This document shows positions 43,971 through 52,361 of a stretch of 64,000 nucleotides of DNA, one piece after another. Numbering within the stretch: the first letter of the stretch is position 1; each line of letters opens with the position of its first letter. This DNA is from Dehalococcoidales bacterium. Its GTDB lineage: Bacteria; Chloroflexota; Dehalococcoidia; Dehalococcoidales; Fen-1064. The stretch is taken from positions 2,798 to 66,797 of the forward strand of contig JADHXC010000004.1 of assembly GCA_016783135.1 (NCBI GenBank), given 5' to 3'. A program made the position numbers and the translations under genes. The notes under the pieces are model-generated. The model did no database searches. It worked only from the letters and a program-made list of their open reading frames with translations, and was not told where the DNA came from.

Positions 43971-44435
43971 ATGAACGATTTCAGGTTCAATGACTACGGA
44001 GTACTGACTGACGGCGAGATAGAACTCGTTGTCAGTCAGAAACGCCCCGCCAATCCACAGAAGGGGTATCTACCGATGTACGAGTTTGATATTCACCTCC
44101 CCGGTAAGCCCGGGGCGATTGGCGGCGTCAGCCTGCGGATTGGGAATACGGAACACGTGATAAAGTATGCCGGTCACATCGGGTACGGGATTAACGAGAG
44201 ATACCGGGGCAACCGCTATGCCGCCAAGTCCTGCAATCTCGTCAGGCAGGTCGCTCTAGACCACGGCCACAATGTATTGTGGATAACCTGCAACCCTGAC
44301 AACCATCCGTCGCGCAGGACGTGCGAAATACTTGGCTGTGAATTTGTTGAGATTGTTGACCTGCCGGAGGATACCGACATGTACCGGGAGGGTGAAAGGC
44401 AGAAGTGCCGCTACAGGTGGGACCTGGAGGAGTAG
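43971..44435 (+). CDS. GNAT family N-acetyltransferase
   Basis: 154 aa from MNDFRF. The motif is GYGINERYRGNRYAAKS. The ORF-track start at 43866 would overlap the preceding gene by 89 nt. Confidence 0.8.
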   Translation: MNDFRFNDYGVLTDGEIELVVSQKRPANPQKGYLPMYEFDIHLPGKPGAIGGVSLRIGNTEHVIKYAGHIGYGINERYRGNRYAAKSCNLVRQVALDHGHNVLWITCNPDNHPSRRTCEILGCEFVEIVDLPEDTDMYREGERQKCRYRWDLEE

Positions 44436-44438
44436 GTA

Positions 44439-46034
44439 GTGACTGAAGAGAATATCAATCAGCGGCTCGGTATCGTTGTTTCTGGTTCGGTAGACAAAGG
44501 CACTGAGGTCAGGCTGGATAGCGCGGCTTCGGTGGAGGATATGGTCGTCGGGCGCTATGTCACTATTGAGGGACGGCAGCGGCGTTTCTTCGGCATGATT
44601 ACCGATATCAGCCTGGGCGTGACCGACCCCGAACTTACCGTGGCCCCGCCCCGTGAGGTCGATTCCTTCCTGTCCGAGGTGCTCAGCGGGACGGCAACCT
44701 ACGCGACTCTCCACGTCCTGCCCATGCTGACGATGGGTATCGAGGGGCCGGAGCCAGTGAAGACCGTTCCCAGCCATTTCTCGGCGGTGAACCTGGCTTC
44801 GGACACGGATATGGAGCTTATCTTCGGTGAAGAGGACGATACCCGCTTCAACGTCGGTAACCCGCTGGATATGGAGACCAAACTGTGCCTCGACCTGCCG
44901 GAATTTGTCAAGCGCTCCAACGGCATCTTCGGCAAGAGCGGCACCGGCAAGACCTTCCTGACCCGGATTCTGCTCATCGGTATGCTCCAGAAGAGCAAGG
45001 CGGTTAACCTGATATTCGACATGCACAACGAGTACGGCTGGGAGGGGAGCAGTGAGGAGGGCCAGCGTAAGGTCAAGGCATTGAAGCAGCTATTCCCGGA
45101 CCAGGTAGCCGTGTTTACCCTGGATGAAGAGAACTCGCGACGCCGGGGTGTGAGTACCGACTTCGTGGTAAGGATAGGGTATGACGAGATTGAGCCGGAA
45201 GACATTGTATTGCTCCGCCAGACGCTGAACCTCACCGAGCCGGCGGTTGAGGCGGTCTATCAACTGCATCGCAGGTTCCGTGGTGAGTGGATAGAGAGGA
45301 CGCTTGCCCTGCAGGACTCCGATGAAATACCGGAAGGTCTGAACATACACGAAAGCACCCTGAAGAACCTCCAGAGAGGTCTCCAGACAATCCGGCGGCT
45401 GCCCTTCATCCAGCCCCACGTGCCCACCAATGCTGTCCGCACCATGCTGGAATACCTCGACCGCGGCATGAACGTCGTCCTTGAGTTCGGCCGGTACCGC
45501 GATATCACCGCCTATATGCTGGTGGCCAACATGCTCGCACGGCGCATCTATGCCCAGTACCAGGAGAGGATGGAGCGGGCGATGGGTGAGGGTCTTGCCC
45601 AGCCGAATCCCCTGGTTATCACCATTGAGGAAGCGCACAAGTTCCTCAACCGGGAGGTTGCCAGCCAGGCTATCTTCGGCACAATCGCCCGTGAGATGCG
45701 CAAGTATAATGTCAGTCTGCTGGTAATCGACCAGAGACCGAGCGGCATCGACGAAGAGGTTATGTCCCAGATGGGCACCAAGATAACCTGCCTGCTCGAC
45801 AACGAGAGGGATATCGACAGCGTGCTTGCCGGTGTTGCCGGGAAGAATGAGCTGAAGTCGGTGCTCTCCAGACTGGCCCCGAAGCGGCAGGCGCTCATCT
45901 TCGGTCATGCCGTGCCGATGCCGGTGGCGTTCCAGCCCCTGGAGTACGGCTCGGCGGAGTCCTACAAACGCTTTATGCCCGCCGGAGATACCGGCCAGCG
46001 GGCGCAGAAGGACATCGAGGAGCTCTGGGACTGA
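44439..46034 (+). CDS. herA: HerA-like (DUF87) hexameric ATPase/translocase
   Basis: 531 aa with GTG start after GGAGGAG. There is an N-terminal HAS barrel, Walker A GIFGKSGTGKTF, Walker B ITIEEAHKF, and LLVIDQRPS. Confidence 0.85.
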   Translation: MTEENINQRLGIVVSGSVDKGTEVRLDSAASVEDMVVGRYVTIEGRQRRFFGMITDISLGVTDPELTVAPPREVDSFLSEVLSGTATYATLHVLPMLTMGIEGPEPVKTVPSHFSAVNLASDTDMELIFGEEDDTRFNVGNPLDMETKLCLDLPEFVKRSNGIFGKSGTGKTFLTRILLIGMLQKSKAVNLIFDMHNEYGWEGSSEEGQRKVKALKQLFPDQVAVFTLDEENSRRRGVSTDFVVRIGYDEIEPEDIVLLRQTLNLTEPAVEAVYQLHRRFRGEWIERTLALQDSDEIPEGLNIHESTLKNLQRGLQTIRRLPFIQPHVPTNAVRTMLEYLDRGMNVVLEFGRYRDITAYMLVANMLARRIYAQYQERMERAMGEGLAQPNPLVITIEEAHKFLNREVASQAIFGTIAREMRKYNVSLLVIDQRPSGIDEEVMSQMGTKITCLLDNERDIDSVLAGVAGKNELKSVLSRLAPKRQALIFGHAVPMPVAFQPLEYGSAESYKRFMPAGDTGQRAQKDIEELWD

Positions 46035-46035
46035 T

Positions 46036-46647
46036 ATGTCTCCCCCTGGCTTCGAGCGAGTCGAGCTTGTAGGTGACAGGGTGCGGCTTCGTCCCGCGCG
46101 ACCCACTGATGCTGCGGACGCCTACCGTCTCGTGTCCGACGAAGAGGTGCTATCACGCCTGTTGTGGGAGGGCCCAGCGGACGAAGCAGAGATGTCCGAT
46201 GTCTTCCGCCGCTGGCAGGCAGGACTGGAGACCGGCGAAGACTACAACCTGGCCATTGATCGTACCGACAACCCTGGACTGATAGGATGCATCGGCTCTC
46301 GCCTTAGAGAGCACCCTTTGCAGGCCAACGTCGGCTACTGGCTGGGTGCGCCCTACTGGAACCGGGGCTACATGACCGAGGCGATTCGCCTCATCTGCCA
46401 CTTCTCCTTTGAGTATCTCGGTGTAGTTCGCGCGCATGCGGGTGTATTTGTCGGGAATGTGGGCAGCAGACGGGCGCTGGAGAAGAACGGTTTTTCCCTG
46501 GACGGTACCTTGAGAAGCGACGTTATCAAGCGTGGGGAGTGGCGGGACGAATGGTTTCTCAGCCTGCTGCGCTCCGAGTGGGAGGGAAACCGGGAGAGGT
46601 TTCTTCCCCGGCAGGAGGATATTGTCGTAATGAGGAGCGGCGAATGA
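46036..46647 (+). CDS. GNAT family N-acetyltransferase (RimJ/RimL-like)
   Basis: 203 aa from MSPPGFERVELVGDRVRLRPARPTDA.. The motif is WNRGYMTEA. It starts 1 nt after the herA stop. Confidence 0.85.
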   Translation: MSPPGFERVELVGDRVRLRPARPTDAADAYRLVSDEEVLSRLLWEGPADEAEMSDVFRRWQAGLETGEDYNLAIDRTDNPGLIGCIGSRLREHPLQANVGYWLGAPYWNRGYMTEAIRLICHFSFEYLGVVRAHAGVFVGNVGSRRALEKNGFSLDGTLRSDVIKRGEWRDEWFLSLLRSEWEGNRERFLPRQEDIVVMRSGE

Positions 46648-47522
46648 CGCCTGCCAGTCGCCCCCGACCGGAAAGGGAATCGCTTCCCGTGCAGACCAGG
46701 CGACTGCTACGTCATGCCGGTCTGCGGGCAAGGAAGGGACTGGGACAGCACTTCCTCATCGATGAGAGTGTACTGCGACTTATTATCAAGACTGCCGAGC
46801 TTGCTTCGACCGATGTTGTTGTTGAGATTGGGCCTGGGCTGGGTGTCCTGACCCGTGAGTTGGCTGAAAGGTCCGGCCGGGTAATTGCCGTCGAGCTGGA
46901 CGACAGGCTTGCCGCAGTCCTGAAGGAGTCCCTGGCTGCTTTCGATAATGTTACCATAATCAACGGCGATATCCTCAAGATAGACCCGGCAGTCCTGCTG
47001 CGGGAAACCGGGGGGCCTGAGTACAAGGTGGTGGCCAATCTGCCCTACTACATCACCTCGCCGGTACTGCGACACTTCCTGGAGGCCTCGACAAGGCCGA
47101 GGACGATGGTGGTGATGGTGCAGAAGGAGGTGGCCGAAGTCATTGCCGCAAAACCGGGCCGGATGAGCCTGCTCAGTGTGGGCGTGCAGCTCTATGGTGA
47201 GCCGGAGATTGTCGGCCACGTAGCGGCAGAGTGCTTCTACCCGGTGCCGGAGGTTGATTCCGCGATACTGAAGATAAGCGTGTCCGCCGAACCAGGGGTA
47301 GCAGTGCGTGACGAGGCGGGTTTCTTCAGTGTGGTGCGGGCCGGGTTCAGCGCCTCCCGTAAGCAACTGGTCAACTCGCTGGTGCGGGGACTGGGATTGC
47401 CCAGAGCAGAGGTGCTGCGTATGCTGGAGGAGTCCGGAATCGAGCCGAGGCGGCGGGCGGAGACCCTGTCCCTTGAAGAGTGGTCACAACTGTGGAAGGT
47501 ATATTCCGGAACTTACTACTGA
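46644..47522 (+). CDS. rsmA: 16S rRNA (adenine1518-N6/adenine1519-N6)-dimethyltransferase
   Basis: KGLGQHFL, VVEIGPGLGVLT and NLPYYITSP motifs are present. The ATG overlaps the stop of the upstream GNAT (ATGA). Confidence 0.92.
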   Translation: MTPASRPRPERESLPVQTRRLLRHAGLRARKGLGQHFLIDESVLRLIIKTAELASTDVVVEIGPGLGVLTRELAERSGRVIAVELDDRLAAVLKESLAAFDNVTIINGDILKIDPAVLLRETGGPEYKVVANLPYYITSPVLRHFLEASTRPRTMVVMVQKEVAEVIAAKPGRMSLLSVGVQLYGEPEIVGHVAAECFYPVPEVDSAILKISVSAEPGVAVRDEAGFFSVVRAGFSASRKQLVNSLVRGLGLPRAEVLRMLEESGIEPRRRAETLSLEEWSQLWKVYSGTYY

Positions 47523-47547
47523 AGCTATCCCAAAAAGGAGGGCGGCA

Positions 47548-48627
47548 ATGCCTAATGTTTGGAAGAAACTCTTCATAGTAGCAACAATTCTACTGGTTAC
47601 GTGCACCGCTTTCTGTGGTTCCTTCTGGTATCAGTTAGACGATACTAAAAAACAACTGGATGATACCAAAGCCCAACTGGTGAATACCAGGGTTGAATTA
47701 GATACTTCCAGAGAACAACTTGCTGAAACTAAGACCTTGCTGGATAATACTGAGGCTCAGCTGGCGGATACTGAGGCTCAACTAGCGGATACTGAAGCTC
47801 AGTTAGTGGATACTAAAGTTCAGCTGGATACCACCGAAACAGAGTTGAACGTTACCAATAATCAGCTAGTTACTATCACAGCCCAACTGCATTCCACCAA
47901 GAACGAACTTGCTTCAACTCAAAGTTATTTGGATACAGAAAAGAATGAAAACAGTCAAATGGTAAATCAGTACAGCAGCATTAGAGACCAGATTCATGTC
48001 CGGCTGGGACTAACACCACAAGACGAGCAGAGCTTTATAACCCCTGACAACTTATCAGTATCGGCAAAAGTACAGGAAATTACTGGAGGTTATTCTGAGA
48101 ACGTAAGTGAGTACTGGCGAGATTTCGAGCTATTGTATCGGTGGGTAGCAAACAACATATCATATTCTTATGACAGCTACATACCGTTCCTTCCGGAAAC
48201 CATGTCTGGTGAACTATCATGGAGTAAAGAGTGTTGGCGAACACCGGAGGAGACTCTGGAAGATGAGACCGGCGACTGTGAAGATATGGCAGTGTTACTC
48301 GCAAGCATGTTACGGGGTTATAACGAAGGAAGATATCGCGTCTGGGTCATAATAATTCATTCCAATGTCCCTGAAGTCCCGGGGCACGCAGCGGTTGCTT
48401 TCCCGGTTGCTGGCGGTAAACTCACTATTCTTGACCCGGCAGGGAATTACTATACCGGCTATCTATACGGAACTCTCCGGTCTGAGAGTACTTCTGTTGC
48501 TGTTAATCAATGGTTATCCTACTGGCAGAATGACATTCCGGGAGCAGAAATAGTCACAGCTTTCTCAGAGACTGACCATCAACAGTTTCCCAGCACAGCG
48601 GAGTTCATATCGTGGACAGAAGAATAA
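47548..48627 (+). CDS. Membrane-anchored coiled-coil protein with C-terminal transglutaminase-like cysteine-protease domain
   Basis: ATG follows AAAGGAGGG. There is an N-terminal TM helix, about 14 heptads of the DT.AQL. type, then ETGDCEDMAVLLASMLRG ... GHAAVAF ... DP (Cys-His-Asp). GC is far below the neighbours. Confidence 0.75.
   Translation: MPNVWKKLFIVATILLVTCTAFCGSFWYQLDDTKKQLDDTKAQLVNTRVELDTSREQLAETKTLLDNTEAQLADTEAQLADTEAQLVDTKVQLDTTETELNVTNNQLVTITAQLHSTKNELASTQSYLDTEKNENSQMVNQYSSIRDQIHVRLGLTPQDEQSFITPDNLSVSAKVQEITGGYSENVSEYWRDFELLYRWVANNISYSYDSYIPFLPETMSGELSWSKECWRTPEETLEDETGDCEDMAVLLASMLRGYNEGRYRVWVIIIHSNVPEVPGHAAVAFPVAGGKLTILDPAGNYYTGYLYGTLRSESTSVAVNQWLSYWQNDIPGAEIVTAFSETDHQQFPSTAEFISWTEE
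47746..47829 (+). repeat. 21-bp tandem repeat (4 near-identical units encoding [D/N]T[E/K][A/V]QL[A/V/D])
   Basis: The aatactgaggctcagctggcg-like unit is repeated at 47746, 47767, 47788 and 47809. More degenerate heptad periodicity extends over about 47635-47940. Confidence 0.9.
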
Positions 48628-48682
48628 CCCCCGTGCAAGTCTGGAGCTTGGATAAGAAGATATTTATACGAGCAGAATCACC

Positions 48683-49549
48683 ATGCTGACTTTACAGGCA
48701 CCGGCCAAGCTGAACCTGACTCTTGAAGTCATCGGCAAACGTGATGACGGCTATCACGAAATCCGCAGCGTGGTCCAGACGATAGGATTGTGCGACCGCC
48801 TCCTCTTTCAAGCCAGCCGACAAACGGAATACAGTTCAAACATGCCGGAGTGGCTCCCTGAGCAGAGCCTGGTAACTAGGGCGGTCGACCTCCTCCGCGA
48901 GGCTACCGGGTGCAACCTGGGAGTGGAGATTCAGGTCGAAAAGTACATCCCGCTGATGTCCGGTCTGGGTGGGGACAGCAGTGATGCCGCCGCCGTACTT
49001 CGCGGGCTCAACCGCTTATGGGAACTCGACCTGCCTCAGGATAAGCTGCGGGAGCTTGCATCAAGGCTGGGCTCCGATGTAGCCCTGTTCCTGTACGGAG
49101 GGACGGTCCTGATGGAGGGCCGGGGGGAGCAAGTAACACCACTACCGTCGTTGCCGACAATGTGGGTTGTCCTGGTGCTGCCGGAAATACCGCAGGAGTC
49201 AGGGAAGACCGGTCGTGCCTATGAGAGCCTTCAAGAGGCGGACTACACGGATGGTAGAGCCACCGAACGGCTGGTGGAGGTGCTGAAGACCGGCAGGGAC
49301 TTCGCCCCGTCGCTGCTATTCAACGCCTTCGAGCGTAGTGCTTATGCCGGTTCCTCGGAACTGATGGCATGCCGGGAGCGGATGCTCTCCGCCGGTGCCG
49401 ATAACGTCTACCTCGCCGGGTCAGGACCGGCGCAGTTCTGTCTCTTGAAGGAGAGGGACGGGGCTGAGGGACTGCACGACCGGTTAAGTCGGCAGGGGAT
49501 GGAGGTATATCTGGTGGAGACGCTGGCAACCGGAGAGTGGCTGAGCTAG
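48683..49549 (+). CDS. ispE: 4-diphosphocytidyl-2-C-methyl-D-erythritol kinase
   Basis: 288 aa. APAKLNL.L.V and the GHMP motif IPLMSGLGGDSSDAAA are present. Confidence 0.92.
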   Translation: MLTLQAPAKLNLTLEVIGKRDDGYHEIRSVVQTIGLCDRLLFQASRQTEYSSNMPEWLPEQSLVTRAVDLLREATGCNLGVEIQVEKYIPLMSGLGGDSSDAAAVLRGLNRLWELDLPQDKLRELASRLGSDVALFLYGGTVLMEGRGEQVTPLPSLPTMWVVLVLPEIPQESGKTGRAYESLQEADYTDGRATERLVEVLKTGRDFAPSLLFNAFERSAYAGSSELMACRERMLSAGADNVYLAGSGPAQFCLLKERDGAEGLHDRLSRQGMEVYLVETLATGEWLS

Positions 49550-49653
49550 TTCAGCAGCTAGAATAAACCGCCCGCACCAACTATAATTGATTACAGGAGA
49601 GAGCCCGCGCAGACGCGGAGAGAGTCCGCACAAACACGCTAAAGGAGTATGAG

Positions 49654-50157
49654 ATGACCGATACTGAGCATAACCTGCAGGCTGCCTTTGCCGGAGAGAG
49701 CCAGGCTAACCGCCGCTACATTTTCTTCGCGGAGAAGGCGGAGAAAGAGGGCCACCCGCAGATAGCCAGGCTGTTCCGGGCCGCCGCCGAGGCAGAGACG
49801 ATTCACGCCCGCAACCACTTCAATGCCATGGACGGCATCGGCTCGACCAGGGATAACCTGACGGCAGGCGTTATCGGCGAGCACCGTGAGTTCACCGGGA
49901 TGTACCCTTCGTTCATAGAGCAGGCCAGGATTGACGACTACAAGCGGGCGGAGAGGACCTTCGACCTGGCCAACCAGGTGGAAAAGGTCCACTACAACCT
50001 GTTCCAGGAGGTGCTGAAGGCCCTGGAGTCCGAGCAGGAAATAAAGGACGAGCCTGTTTTCGTCTGCCAGGTCTGCGGCTTCACTGTGGCCGGGGAAGCC
50101 CCGGAAAAGTGTCCGGTCTGTGGTGCGCCGACAAAGTCATTTATGCGGGTTGATTGA
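49654..50157 (+). CDS. Rubrerythrin
   Basis: 167 aa. The ferritin-like diiron domain has E..A.RRY...A..E and E..H. The C-terminal rubredoxin is CQVCG...CPVCG. Confidence 0.92.
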   Translation: MTDTEHNLQAAFAGESQANRRYIFFAEKAEKEGHPQIARLFRAAAEAETIHARNHFNAMDGIGSTRDNLTAGVIGEHREFTGMYPSFIEQARIDDYKRAERTFDLANQVEKVHYNLFQEVLKALESEQEIKDEPVFVCQVCGFTVAGEAPEKCPVCGAPTKSFMRVD

Positions 50158-50202
50158 GGGCTGCGGCACAGGCCTTAGTGTTCGGCACCCCGCCGCCACC
50201 CC

Positions 50203-50904
50203 CTACTCCAGCTTCCCATGCCCGTGCGACAGCAGGTAGGCCTCTATCGCCGCCAGTCTCGCGTCCTCGGGGAAGCCTTTCATGCCTTCCAGTAGCTGGT
50301 TTACCTCATCCTCGGGGACGAGTATTATCCCCAGATATCTGATGGGGGAACTGGTGAAGGAAGCCAGCAGGCCGCCGATAAGGGGAATTCCCCTGGTCCG
50401 CTCTATCTGGTCCAGCCTGCTCATGACAAAGTCCGCGTTTGCGCTTATCCTTATGTCCACCGGCCGGAACTCGTAGACACTTTCAGTACCGGATACCGGG
50501 AAGGTGAGTGTCAGCTTGAAGTCACCCACTTCGTCGGGCACCGCGTAAGCAATATAGCCCGTCCTGGACTCACCGCTTGCCAGTATCGTTTGCCATAGCT
50601 CATTATCAAGAGACTTGAGGGGAACAGGGTCGAAGAAGTCGTCACCGCTTGCCAGCACTATCTGTTCGTTCCACTGCCGCTGAGCATCCCTCTGGCTACG
50701 AAGGTGTTCAACCTCGTACTTGATGATGAGAAAGGTATTCCCCTCGCCCGGTGTATCCCCATCAAGCTTGTCGATAATCTGGGCGCTGTGCAGCAGGAAA
50801 GCGTGGGCTTCGTCGCCGGTCCGGTCGCCGCGGGTAAGACCCGATGAACAGGCCGTGGCCGTTGCCAGGACCGCTATCATGGCCACCAGGAGTATCTTTG
50901 TCAT
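50203..50904 (-). CDS. Putative lipoprotein (DUF4352-like beta-sandwich, uncertain)
   Basis: The signal peptide plus lipobox is MTKILLVAMIAVLATATAC. No enzymatic motif was recognised. Confidence 0.6.
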   Translation of the reverse strand: MTKILLVAMIAVLATATACSSGLTRGDRTGDEAHAFLLHSAQIIDKLDGDTPGEGNTFLIIKYEVEHLRSQRDAQRQWNEQIVLASGDDFFDPVPLKSLDNELWQTILASGESRTGYIAYAVPDEVGDFKLTLTFPVSGTESVYEFRPVDIRISANADFVMSRLDQIERTRGIPLIGGLLASFTSSPIRYLGIILVPEDEVNQLLEGMKGFPEDARLAAIEAYLLSHGHGKLE

Positions 50905-50995
50905 CTTAGTCGTTCTTTCCGGTCCGTCAGTCAGACCTGCCCCGGTCAAGCGAAAGCCCCACTTACCGTAGAATACACCCAGGCAGGCCCGATAA

Positions 50996-52255
50996 TCAAC
51001 CGCGCTCCTGGAGCCACTTCGTGACCACCTCCCGTTCTTCCTGCCGGGTGGCTATCTCCCCGTCAAGCCTGGCGGCGCGCAGGCGTTCGAGGAATTCCCT
51101 CACTCCGGGGCCGGGTGCCACACCCATCTGTATCAGGCAGTCACCGGTCAGGGACGGTTTGACGTAACGCAGCCAGCCATAGAACAGCCCGATGTTCCGG
51201 CTGACTGCCGGGGAATCGGTGGCCACCGCGCTGACGAGCAGCGCCGCCGGGGCATAGCCCTGAAGAGCGGTATAGATACGGCTCGGGGCGAGATTGGCGG
51301 TAGCCAGAAGTTTAAGTTTGGTCTTGAGACGCTGACTGTCCCGCACGACCTCTGCCGACCTTCCGGGTACTCTGAGGAGTGAGATGAAGTCCTCCATCTC
51401 CTTGTCGGTCAGAGGGTATGTCAGCAAAGCCAGGTAGACGCTGGCCAGTTGTGACTCCGGTATGGTCACCTCGCGGGCCCGCTGGAACCTTGCCGAGAGC
51501 GTATGACTGGCCTTCAGTGCGGGGTGGAGTCGGGATAGCACCTTCAGTTCCTTCGCCCGCCGGAGCACTTTCTCCGGCTGTGCCTCTTTCAGGACCAGTT
51601 CCAACTCGTGCCGCACGCGGTCGCTACTGATGGTGTCCAGCATGGGTATGTCCCGGGCAAGCAGCCTGCGGGTATCCGCTTCCAACTGGAAGTCCAGCCG
51701 CTGCTCATAACGCAGGGCGCGCCAGATGCGGGTAGCATCGTCGGTGAAGCTCTTCTCGTGGAGGACACGGACCAGCCTTTTCTCCAGGTCTGCCCGGCCA
51801 CCATAGCTATCAATGAGTTCTCCGTAGCAGCCGGGATTGAGGTTAATGGCCATTGCGTTAATAGTGAAGTCGCGACGGAAGAGGTCCTCGCTCAGGGAGC
51901 CGGGGTTTACCCTCGGCAGGGCACCCGGACGGTCGTAGGTCTCGGAACGTGCCCGGGCAAAATCGATGCTCCATTTGCCCCAGCGAAGCCTGGCGGTGCC
52001 GAAGCGACGGTGCACGGTGAGTTTCCCCTGCGTAACGCTGGCTGCCTGTTGTGCCAGGGCCACGGCATCGCCTTCAACCACGAGGTCGAGGTCAAGGTTG
52101 CTGCGGTCGAGGAGAAGGTCGCGCACAACACCGCCAACAAGGTAGAGGTGATATCCCTGGTAAGCGGCAATAGCGCCCACGGCCTCCAGAAAACCGGTCA
52201 GCTCCGACGGCAGGTACTCTTTTATTCTACTCGACAGGTTCTTCGTCTCTGCCAT
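50996..52255 (-). CDS. CCA-adding/poly(A)-polymerase family tRNA nucleotidyltransferase (no HD domain)
   Basis: 419 aa. LYLVGGVVRDLLL...DLDLVVEG and RRDFTINAMA head motifs are present. It lacks the HD region seen in the paralog at 35127. Confidence 0.82.
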   Translation of the reverse strand: MAETKNLSSRIKEYLPSELTGFLEAVGAIAAYQGYHLYLVGGVVRDLLLDRSNLDLDLVVEGDAVALAQQAASVTQGKLTVHRRFGTARLRWGKWSIDFARARSETYDRPGALPRVNPGSLSEDLFRRDFTINAMAINLNPGCYGELIDSYGGRADLEKRLVRVLHEKSFTDDATRIWRALRYEQRLDFQLEADTRRLLARDIPMLDTISSDRVRHELELVLKEAQPEKVLRRAKELKVLSRLHPALKASHTLSARFQRAREVTIPESQLASVYLALLTYPLTDKEMEDFISLLRVPGRSAEVVRDSQRLKTKLKLLATANLAPSRIYTALQGYAPAALLVSAVATDSPAVSRNIGLFYGWLRYVKPSLTGDCLIQMGVAPGPGVREFLERLRAARLDGEIATRQEEREVVTKWLQERG

Positions 52256-52361
52256 TCTCTGCTCTTATCCGGCGTAATCTTGCCAGAATTATGTTCGGAC
52301 TAGTGTGGCCCGACCCACCTCGCCCGAATTATAACACACGTTCCGACTTCGGTTATTCTGG

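Noticed and set aside
45090-46106. 338-aa minus-strand ORF
   Set aside because: It is antisense to herA, whose Walker A and B motifs lie on the plus strand. It is a compositional artefact.
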